The translations under genes and the position numbers were made by a program. Below the pieces are notes generated by a model that had not been told where the DNA came from, made no database searches, and saw nothing but the letters and a program-made list of their open reading frames with translations. From contig NC_086097.1 of NCBI RefSeq assembly GCF_963921235.1, positions 226,798,001-226,862,000 on the forward strand: a DNA stretch of 64,000 nt, in the 5' to 3' direction. The stretch's first letter is position 1. Every line of letters starts with the position of its first letter. This document shows, in pieces, positions 24,293 to 34,905 of this stretch. Origin of the DNA: Mobula hypostoma (taxonomy: Eukaryota).

Positions 24293-25579
24293 AAAATTTA
24301 ACACATTTGTTGGTGGGAAGAATGAAAAGCAGCACAATAATGCACAACTCAGCAAGGAACAAAAGAGACTTAGAGTACGTTGTTATAAATATTTGCAGGT
24401 GCAAGGTAATTTGAAGGCAGTTAAAGCAATAAAGGATAGTTTTAAAAATAACAAGTTTCAGTCAGACAGATGTTTTCCAGGCCATCCACCAGATAACCAT
24501 TGTAAAATTTATAACAGTTGCAAACAGATGCATGTTCTCTAAGGAATCAAGACTACAACCTGCATGTCTCACTGCTGCCAGTCATCCCACAGATCCACAG
24601 ATTGTAGATACATACAACTATCCTCTGCTGTCCTGACCTACCTGATATACAAGAGGCTCTGTTGCTGTAATGTTCTGTAAAACTCATCTCTGGTTTTGTG
24701 CACACTCTTCTCCTTCATTCTATCCCTCTATTAGCAGCTCTGCAGTCTCTGTGATCTGCACAGCCTTGAGGCCCCACTGCCTCAACTAACCTTCGGAGTA
24801 GCCGCTAGGCCTCAGGTGCCAGATCCTGTGGTCCTGCCCAAGTTAAAGAAAAATCATTTTAAACATCTAAGAAAACCTAAACTGGAAAGAATGCAATTTC
24901 AAAAAAGAAGACCAACACCCCCCCCAAGGAAAGAGGAAAAAATAACACAAAATAAATCATATAAACATTAGAAACTAGCAGCAACACCAGCATTCCCAAC
25001 CAAATTGAGTCTTTAGATCTAAATCCCTGGAGCAGCTCAGTGTAGGCCCAAAGCCTCAAAATTCAGTTCGTCATATTAGTAGGGAAAATTGCCGCAAGGT
25101 TCGCAGACACAAAGCACAGCAGCCAGGGGCAGTCTCACAGCCTTAACGTTGCAGCGAGAGAAGTCCCCAGATTATCTGGGCTGGCATTTAAATTGTCTGA
25201 ACCTCGTACAAAGATTCGGCCCCGCCACCAACGAATCGCTCCGGGCCTAGATTTCCCTGCAGAAGGAACCATTCTTGACCTATTCAAGCCTGTTTGGCAC
25301 CCAGATTGATCCAACCTCACCCGCCTCTCAACACCCTGCCTTTCCGGTCCTTATGGGCTGGCATTTAGATTGTTCAAACAGCGGATTGCACATTGGACTT
25401 CGATCATAATACCTGTACTTTCCTTTTGTTTAGGTTCCATCTGGTGCCTCAGGCCAGGTTGTTGGTGCTCCACCCATGGTGCAGACCAGCAGTCGAATGG
25501 GAGGCTAGTGTCTCCATCTGACTTCGCTTCTTACCCAACTTCCCCCTATCAACACATAGGGAAAGAAATCGGTAACCTT

Positions 25580-25785
25580 CCTCCTGCTGCCCGTAAGGAG
25601 TTTGTACGTTCTCCCCGGTTTACTCCGGGTGCTCCAGTTTCCTCCCACAGTCCAAAGACGTACAGTTTGGTTGTTAAATCGTCATTGTAAATTGTCTTAT
25701 GATTAGTCTAGGATTAAATTGGGGACTGCTGGGCAGTGTGGTTTAAGAGGCTGAAAGGGTTTATCCTGTGCTGTAGCTCAGTAAG
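25580..25785 (+). mobile_element. V-SINE (HE1-like) fragment
   Basis: ggagtttgtacgttctcccc...ctccgggtgctccagtttcctcccacagtccaaagacg, the V-domain core. Confidence 0.8.
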
Positions 25786-27133
25786 TTCCAAATTGTACAC
25801 TACGCTGGACTCACATTTCTCCACAGAACGGTCAGCTGAAGTGCAGCACAATGCAGTCCATTGAAATTAATTTTGGAATTGTAAAGTCAATATAAGCCAA
25901 TGAGGAAGAAGTCCTGTTTTTAATTTGGGCTTTATCTTAAAATCTGATGAAATTTTCAATCACACCTCTCGATAGTTACTTATCCATCTTAGCATTTGTT
26001 ATTTCCTATTTTAAATATCCCACATACACGCAGGTTCAGACTGTTGAAAGAGCTGCCAGGGCAATCCTATTGCAGGCAGCAACAGTAAAAATGTTACCCC
26101 ATAAATGTGCAGGTGCTTTCTCACAACGGTAACATGATCTTGCATTTTATTGCCAAATACCCAGAGTATATCTATGATATTTTTATGACGCCGCAGTTCA
26201 TGTTCCTGCATTGTTTATATATGCAAGCAGATCAAACAAATTGCTCCTAGTTATTCTATCTTAATACGGTGCATTCTATACATGAGATGTGGTTCCTGCT
26301 CCATTGGTTCTCCTTGTGACTCACACTCTGCCCTCTGACTCCAACACCCTTTTAATGAAGCTCACTGTAAGCCTGAGGAAAAGCAACTCATCTTTCAATT
26401 GCTACTTAACAGCCTTCTGGCCTTAGCATTCCATTTAACAACTTCTGACTTAATCATGAGGCGTTTTCTCCACCAGCAGGTGCTGGAAACGGAGTAGAGC
26501 TTCACAAGTGCTACTGGGACGGGAAGGTGTGCGAGCCAGTGTGAGGGGTGGAAATCATTTGTTGGTTCAAAGCTGGTGCATTCCTTACGTTGACCCGGTG
26601 CCTTCTCATGCAAAAGCAGGAAATACAACACCCTGTACTTTAACTGCACCCTTCCCACTATTCAAATCTCCAGGGCTTGGTAACACACGGATTGATAACA
26701 CTCACTGTGGAGCAAAAGTTTGAAATAATAAAAATGACTGTGCATTTGAAAGCGTTCGAAAGGGAAGCACTTAAAAACATCGGGGAACATGGGGTCCAGG
26801 AAAGCAAGTCAGATGGGCAACGGCGGGGTTGACTTGAGAGTTTGTAGGTGGAACATGGGCAAAATAACTTCTGGTATGATGGTGGTGAGCTTGGATGCAG
26901 TGGCCTCTCTGAGTCCAACCAAAGGTGTGACTATTCATCCTTTATGTCTTTTTTATGATTGCAGGGCACTGTTGGTTATCGAAACCATCAAGTACTGCAG
27001 GTCACCCGCACTAACGAGTTGCTCGATAGCAGTGGAGTTGGACTTGTTGTGCACTGTTTTGCAGCCTGCTTTAGCGACCCAAGGAAGAAGGCATTGGATT
27101 GGTGCATGATCCAACACACAGTGCAAATGATTG

Positions 27134-27291
27134 AGTAAGGGATTTCTTCCTTCAGTTAGTCCTGACGAAGGGTCTCGGCCTGAAACGTCGACTGCACCTC
27201 TTCCTAGAGATGCTGCCTGTCCTGCTGTGTTCACCAGCAACTTTTATGTGTGTTGCTTGAATTTCCAGCATCTGCTGAATTCCTGTTGATT
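27134..27291 (+). mobile_element. 158-bp Penelope terminal-repeat-only insertion with an intact hammerhead motif
   Basis: 13-bp TSD GTGCAAATGATTG at 27121-27133 and 27292-27304; homologous to 8219-8325. Confidence 0.88.
27157..27194 (+). ncRNA. Minimal type I hammerhead ribozyme motif (best-preserved copy)
   Basis: UAGUC-CUGACGA-AGG(gucucgg)CCU-GAAAC-GUC-GACUG: catalytic core, GUC triplet, palindromic ACGU stem III. Confidence 0.78.
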
Positions 27292-28710
27292 GTGCAAATG
27301 ATTGGCTTGGATGTTCTTATTGTGATTGTAAGTTCCTGTTGGACATCGATAATGTAGAATACTGAGAGTCTGATTGACCGGTTCATTGGTGAGACCAGTG
27401 ACAGGGGAGCTGTGTGGACCAGACCCTCATGCCACGGAGGTCACCTGTTGTTGCACCAGGGACGGAGATGCCAGAGCTGGCTGTGCGCCACTGGATTCTG
27501 CATTTGCTTGGGGGCTCACCCCTTCCAACCGTGCTGCCCTTCAGTGTTTGCTCGGTGAAAGATAAGCTGGGTTGCATTCATCTGTGGCTGTACTGCGCAA
27601 AGTGATGAACTTCTGTGGACTTGCTTTTGCAGAAACATGGCTCCATGGAAACATCCATGCACCATCAATCTATAAGCTATGACACTCAGTGACTTGAACT
27701 ATATTATTATATTGCATATATTTTTTGTAACTTTTTAAAATGCTATCATTATTATATGTGCTGGGTATGATTGTTGGTACTGTGTTTTTCGCCTTGGCCC
27801 CAGAGGAACACTGCTTCATTTGGCTGTATTTGTCTATATGGTTGAATGAAAATTAAACTTGAACTTGAAATGAAGTTAAAAATGGCAAAAGGAACATTTA
27901 ACATCCTATGCTTTTCACACCACATCCTACCAAAGCTTTGTAATCATTTTCACCTCAATATTTATACATTTAAACTACTTTTTATAATGCTGTTTACATA
28001 GCAATCACTGTACATTATTTATTTTGCATGTTATTCCAAATCTGTAATTTAACCTCCAAGTTTCCTTGATGTAATTCTTTATTCTAATAATTGTTGACTG
28101 TTGTTGTTTTGTTGCAGCATATCACAACAACACACCGCAGCAAATTCCTAATACATGTAAATGTATATGAGAAATAATGTTGGCAAGAAATTAAGGTTTG
28201 ATATTTTGGGCCAAGGCCCTTTATTAGGAGTGATTGACCAGGCTCGGTCTTTAGTCCTTGGAATGTAAGCAAATTTGGAGCGACCTTATAGAAGTGTTAT
28301 AAATTATGAGAGATTTGAATTAGTTCCAAATTTTCCCTCAAGAGGAAATACCTTCTCCACATTCTTCCTGTGACAGCTTCCTCAGGAGCTAACATGTTTC
28401 AATTGAGTCACCATTCACTTTTCTAAGTACCTATGTTTAGAATTCTAACCTGTTCAACCTTTCCTTTTAATAGAACGCACCTGTTACAGGTATTAGTCTA
28501 GTAAACCTTCACTGATCTGTCTGCATGCTTAAAATAAGAGGCCATTATTATACAGAATAACCCAGATGTGGACTCACCAATGTCCTTTATAACTGAATAT
28601 CCTTCCACTTTTTATTCAGTCCCCCTATCTAACTTCTGTTAACCTTCCTAATTACCAGCTATACCTGCATGCTACCTTTTTGTGAAACATACACCAGCAT
28701 AATACAAGGT

Positions 28711-29092
28711 GGATGACAGGGCGGAGAAACGTTTCTATCGAAGGAGTTGTCAGGCGCTCCTTCCTTCCACTAGCCTGCAGGTCACCCTTGGGCAAGGTAT
28801 AGCACCTCCTTAGCCTCCCGATCAGGGTCACGTGGAACCATGGGAGCAGGTGGTGCATGGTCGTATGAGCAGTTGGTGCATATCACAAGTCCTGGTTAAG
28901 CAACCACTGATGCCAGACAGACAATTTATGAAGACTATTGATAATGGCTGGGATCACCAATCTTGTAAAGACACTGCCCAGCAGGTGACAATGGCAAACC
29001 AATTCTGTAGAAAAATTTGCCAAGAACAATCATGGTCATGGAAAGACCATGGTTGCTTATGTCATTGGCCACAGCATATAATGAATGAACAA
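28711..29092 (+). mobile_element. Non-autonomous retroposon with an RTE/BovB-like tail
   Basis: atggcaaaccaattctgtagaaaaatttgccaagaacaatcatgg resembles the RTE 3' motif; ends in aatgaatgaac. Confidence 0.6.
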
Positions 29093-29436
29093 CTACTAGG
29101 ACCCCTCTATACCTCAGATCTCTGTAATTGCTCATTATTTAAACAGCATATATTTTTGAAATCAACATCCTGTTGCAGCCTCCTTATAGACACCTGACAG
29201 CCCACTTTACTACCTTTCTTGGTGAAATCAGGAAATTCAGCAACTATACCTTATTAAATAAACTTTTATTACATAAACTGTAAAAAGTTGTGACCCCATA
29301 CTGATCCTTGTGGCACACCAGACATTACATTTTGTCCACCAAAAAAAACCTTATTTATACCTTAAGGCTGTGTTTCCTGTTAACTAGACAATAATGTCGA
29401 TTGAAAATTGTAATACCACCTCACCACAAACTTTTA

Positions 29437-29735
29437 ATAAAGGCATCCTTTAATCTTGCGAGACCATGGATCTGTGCCTGGAAAGTCTTCACTCTCCAGG
29501 GCGCAGGCCTGGGCAAGGCCTGCAGTTGCCCATGCTGTACGTCTCCCCTCTCCATGACACCAATGTTGTCCAAGGGAAGGGCACTAGGACCCATACAGCT
29601 TAGCATCGGCGTCGTCGCAGAGCAATGTGTGATTAAGTGCCTTGCTCAAGGACACAACACGTTCCCTCGGCTGGGGCTCGAACTTACGACCTTCAGGTCG
29701 CTAGTCCAATGCCTTAACCACTTGGCCACGTGCCC
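29437..29735 (-). mobile_element. tRNA-derived CORE-type SINE
   Basis: Minus strand: A box TGGCCAAGTGG, B box GTTCGAGCC, core tgtgtccttgagcaaggcacttaa; 14-bp TSD ACCACAAACTTTTA at 29423-29436 and 29736-29749. Confidence 0.9.
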
Positions 29736-32344
29736 ACCACAAACTTTTATTGGACAATTTTCCAGATTATTGGATGTATTAGTACCTCAACATTTAAATA
29801 TAAAATATTTTCCAATGAAAGAGAGCTCGGGGGCCCCCTGGACATTGAGGGGCTTGCCCTCTCAAGCAATAGAGGCAAAAAGTGGCTATGGTACTTTGTA
29901 AAAAAATATGTGCTGACACTACTACGTATAGAACCAGCAACACTGAAGGTATAGACTGAATGATATAAAAGAGCTTTATAATGTATATTTTTAAATCATG
30001 AATAAAGATTAAAAAAAATAAAAATAAAACAATCAGATGCTGGATTATCAGGATTTCTGAATAGTGAGATAATTTCAGAATATTACTTTTCTTAATGTTC
30101 CAAATACCGACTTTGGATGCGTTCTTCCCTTCCTCAAACTCAATATAGAATTCAATCACATTATGATCACTGCTCCCCAAGTTATGCTCATCACAAAGTA
30201 ATTAATTAATCCCATATCTAACATTCTGTTATCTCTGGTTGGCTTCAAAACATAATCTTCTAAAACACAATTCTAAAGGTATTCCATAAACTTCTGATTT
30301 ATGCTATCTTTGCCAACCCAATATTTCCAGTATATATATACCTACACCACCCTGTCCTTCATCATCACTACATCTTTCTGGTAAGCTCCCATACACTCCA
30401 TCCTGAAACATGTGTACTGCTGGTACACACTCCTGCAAATGACTTCTTGCCTTTATCATTTCTAAACTTCATCCCAATAGCCAGTATATCCTGCCTTTCT
30501 GAACTTAACTTGTTTATGACTTTAGCGCCAAGACCATAACTATCCCAGGGTTTTTTAAACTTTAAAAGTGGCCTTGAGATATTTTCCTGTTTTTTACCTT
30601 GCTCAGATCACTGCATGCCAGTTTGCTAAAGCAGGAGAAAAATACAACTCATAGTGTGCATGAGGAGCAGTGTGCTGTCTATGTCAGGCAAAATGGGCCC
30701 GCTTGCTGTTTCCTGTTCTTCAATCGTCTGCTTATTTTTGTTAGATTTGTTTGTTTGTGGGACCTGGCTGTGTGCAAATTGGATGTTACTTTTACCTGCA
30801 ACGGTGAATATACTTCAAAAGTAATTTATTGGCTATGAACCACCGTGGCACATTCTAATGATTTGTTAAGTTATAATATGAATGCAAATTCTTTCTGTCC
30901 AAGCTGCAACAGCAATGGAACATCTATAAATTCTTTACTATGTTATGAAAGTAAAGAAGGTTGAGCCATAAAAAAATGGTCTATTAAGGTTTTCCGTCTG
31001 TGAAACTCTTCAGTAAGCTCAACAAGGGCCTAAAATAGTTCAAAGCAATTCATTACTGCACACATTCATCAAATTGGGGTCTATAGGTCATCAAACTAAT
31101 GTTAAAACAATCACTCTTTAATGATACAGTTTATCCTACTGATACAATGAAGCAGTCATGAACAATGCATAAAAATTTTATTTAAAATTTCAGTATGCTT
31201 ACCAGATGTGTAACTAAAATATGCCGGCCAGATGTGAGACATGCAGAGTAAAGCAAAATACATAAAAACAGAACATAAGGTTTGAACTAATAACAATATA
31301 AATGCATGTAGCAGATAATTCTGACATAAAATTACAAACTGAAACTCTGCCAGCTGAGAAGGCAATTAACAAAGTGATAATTTTGCACAAAATACTGAAA
31401 TTTTTGTAAAGGCATAAAATTATTTGAAATTTCCAGCCACTGCCTTGGGAAGTGATGTCTCTTATACAAGGTTAAATTACTGCTGTTTCAGACAATGAAA
31501 ATGTTAAAAAGGCAGCTCTTGTCTAATGCTGAGGAAAGCAGGAGATAAAACAACATTCCCTGATAACCAATAAATCAGTGCAACAAAATGAACCATGACT
31601 GAAGAAAGAAGCAAGAGGGATGAAGTAAACCATAAAAAGTCAATGCCAAAATCAGAAGGATTCAAGAACTATCAGGAAACCGTTCATGAATGCATTTAAT
31701 AAGAATGAGCATATTCTGATATGAGAGGACAAAAAGAGAAACACATAGGCAACAATTTTCTCAACAAAGCAAAATGATTCATTTTCAAGAATGAAAATGT
31801 TATCAAATGGGAAAGTTAGTAAGCATATCTATTCAGATAGCCATATTAAGGTCATCATATAATGATATTCAAAATTGCATCTGAGAATTGGCAATGGCTC
31901 CAAAAACATTAAGTCCGATACTGGAAAAGATCTGCTTATTCCTCATTGGCTGCCGCAAGTTTGAAAGATGACAGAAGCACAAGAGCACCTTTATGATGCA
32001 AAATTAACTGGGATTCAGAAATGCATTGGTGATAAAATGAGCACTCGTGCTTTTTATTGACAATGGCAAAGTGTAATTTGTAGTGAAAAGTTTCATCAGA
32101 GCCGTACTATTTTCAAGATTTACAAGATTCCCTCTAAGTTGTTTTATTTTTTCCAACTGCACAGCAAATTTTTACCCACCCTGAAAACTGCGCCACACTT
32201 TAATAAAATATTATATAAAAGAATATTCCGGCTGCATGGCAACAAAGGCTATTTCCACAGGAGCATTTCAGTTCCTGCGTGGCTGTCCACCCTCACAGCA
32301 GCTTAGAGGGAACAGTGACTGCAGATCAGCTAATGTTACCATTT

Positions 32345-32908
32345 TGGGGGAGCACTTCGTTGAGCACCGGCACTCCATCTGCAGTAAGCAGAACTTCCCA
32401 GTGGCCCAACGTTTTAATTCCAGTTCACATTCCGACATGTCCATCCACGGCCTCCTCTTGTGCCATGGTGAGGGCCACCCTCAGGGTGGAGGAGCAACAC
32501 CTTGTATTCTGCCTGGGTAGTCTCCAACCTGATGGTGTGAATATTGATTTGTGCTTCCGGTAAAAAAAAAGTTTTCCCTCCCCTCCCCTCGTTCTTCTAT
32601 TCCCCACATTGGCCTCTTACCTCTTCTCGCTTGCCTATCACCTCCCCTGGTGTCCCTCCTTCTTCACTTTACCCTATGGTCCATTCTCCTCTCCTATCAG
32701 ATGCCTTCCTTTCCAGTCCTTTACCTTTCCCACCCACCTGGCTTTACCCATTACCTTCTTCCCCTCCCCCCCACCTTTTTTTTCTGTCATCCTCTCCTTT
32801 CCTTTCCAGTCCTGAAGAGGGATTTTGGCTTGAAGCAATGACTGTTTATTCATTTTCCTAGATCCTGTCTGACCTGTTGAGTTCCTCCAGCATTTTGTGT
32901 TTGTTGCA
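32345..32908 (+). mobile_element. Penelope-like 3' fragment
   Basis: EHFVEHRHSI...PVAQRFNS..HSDMSIHGLL...LRVEEQHLVFCLGSLQPDGVNID; decayed hammerhead near 32807-32845. Confidence 0.85.
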
Positions 32909-33349
32909 ATGTAACTACTTCAATGGATTAGTTTTACACAGCTTTCTGTGGCTTATAAATAGGAAGCAATCAGATATTTTAGAATTGTCCTGGCGATGAC
33001 AGATGCAGCTGTATTTTATATACTAGTCCTCCATTTAACCTCATGAAAAGTAGTTTTAACAGTGCCACAGGCAATTACAACTTAGTGCCTACAAATTGGC
33101 ATATAAAATAGCACATGTGGCTTAAAATGTGATGGTCTACATCACTTGCAAGTGCTAAATGCTCTACTACATTTTGAATATATGGCAAGTTGTAGTAAGT
33201 GAATAAAATATATATGTACCAATCAGCACCAAAAAAAGCATGCTAATCAAGTAGGATATGACTAAAACTTTAAAAAAAACATGAATTATCTGTAAGATAG
33301 CGGTAGTGATTATATAATGTTTTATTAAAATACCATTAACTTTCATTGA

Positions 33350-34905
33350 AAGTGGTGACACAGGTAGATAGGGTTGTAAGTAAAGCTTTTGGCACATTGG
33401 CTTTCATAAATCAATATCAGAATCAAAAATCAGGCTTAATATCACCAGCATATGTCATGAAATTTGTTAACTTTCTGGCAGCAGTACAATGCAATATATG
33501 ATAATATAGAAAAAAAATTCAAGTATATATATATATATATATATGAATATTAAATAGTTAAATTAAGAATAGAGCAAAATAGAAAAATATTGAGGTAGTG
33601 TTTATGAGTTCAATGTCCATTTAGGAATTAGATGGCAGAGGGGAAGAATGGGTGAGCATGTGCCTTCACACTTCTGTATCTCTTTACTGATGGTAACAAT
33701 GAGAAGGGAGCATGTCCTGGGTGATGAGGGTCCTTGAGGATGAGGATGCTGCCTTTCTGAGGCACCACTCCTTGAGTACTATGGATTCAACTGTGGAATA
33801 GTATGTCTTGGATACTATGGAGGCTAGTACCCATGATAGACCTGACTAATTTTACAACTTCCTGTAACTTCTTATGATTCGGTGTTGTAACCAAACCCCT
33901 GCCCCCAAACAGTGATGCAACCTGTTAGAATGTTCTCCACGGTACATCCGTAGAAGTTTTCAAATGTTTTAGGTGAAAAACCAAATCTCCCCAAACTCTA
34001 ATGAAATTTAGCCGCTGTCTTACCTTCTTTATAGCTGCATCAATATGTTGGGGCCAGGTTGGATCTTCAGAGGTATTGACATCCAGAAACTTGAAATTGC
34101 TCACCCTCTCTACTTCAGATTCCTCTGTGACAATTGGTTCGTGTTCCCTCGTCTTACCCTTTCTAAAGTCCACAATTAACTCTTTGGTCTTACAGATGTT
34201 GAGTGCAAGATTGTTGCTGTGACACCACTCATCTAGCTGGTATATCTCACTTCTGCATGCCCCATCTGAGATTCTGCCAACAATGGTTGGATCGTCGGCC
34301 TTCAATATAGAAATATTGAGTACAGGAGATGGGATGTTATAAGACTTTGGGGAGGCCTAATTTGGAGAATAGTGTGCCATGTTGGTCACCCTATCAACAG
34401 GAATGATGTAAATAAGACTGAAGAGTACATAGTAACTTTACAAGGATGTTGCTGGGACTGGAGGACCTAAGTTATAAGTAAGATTGAAATGGTTCGGACT
34501 TTATTCCTTGGAACATAGAAGATTGAGGGGAGATTTGATAAAGGTATACAAAATTATGAGGGGTGTAGTTAGGGTAAAAGCACATAGGCTTCTTCCCCAT
34601 TGATGCTGGATGAGACTACTACTAGGGGTCATTGTTTAAGGAAGAAAGGTGAAAAGTTTAAGGGGAACACGAGGGGAACCTTCTGCACTCAAATGGTCAT
34701 GAGAGTGTGGAACAAGCTGCCAGCACAAGTAGTGCATGCAAGCTTGATTTCAACGTTTAAGAGAAATTTGGATAGGGTCAGGGATGAGAGGGGTATGGTG
34801 GCCATACACTGGGTGCAGGTTGATAGGAGTAGCCAGATTAAATGGTTTGGCATTGACTAGATGGGTCAAACTGCCTGTTTCGGTGCTGTACTTTTTTATA
34901 ACTCT
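33350..34905. mobile_element. CR1 3' fragment (plus; about 33350-33415 and 34310-34905) interrupted by a Rex1/Babar 3' fragment (minus; about 33416-34305)
   Basis: Rex1-type ADDPTIVG..WCHSNNLALN..KTKELIVDFRK on minus; CR1 RPNLE..V..WSP and RGDLI.VYKI on plus; (TA)n at about 33524-33543. Confidence 0.8.

Larger units (their letters stand above)
28225..30500 (-). mobile_element. Very old CR1 LINE fragments hosting younger insertions
   Basis: MGSSDHNVIEFYIEFE motif (about 30130-30180); gtgccacaaggatcagt block near 29300-29320. Confidence 0.6.

Noticed and set aside
26692..26740. LITLTVEQKFEIIKM, resembling a pogo/Tigger CENP-B-type N-terminus
   Set aside because: Too short; the downstream translation does not continue the domain and I found no TIRs
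29660..29735. tRNA gene
   Set aside because: The tRNA-like head continues into a SINE core and tail and is flanked by a 14-bp TSD
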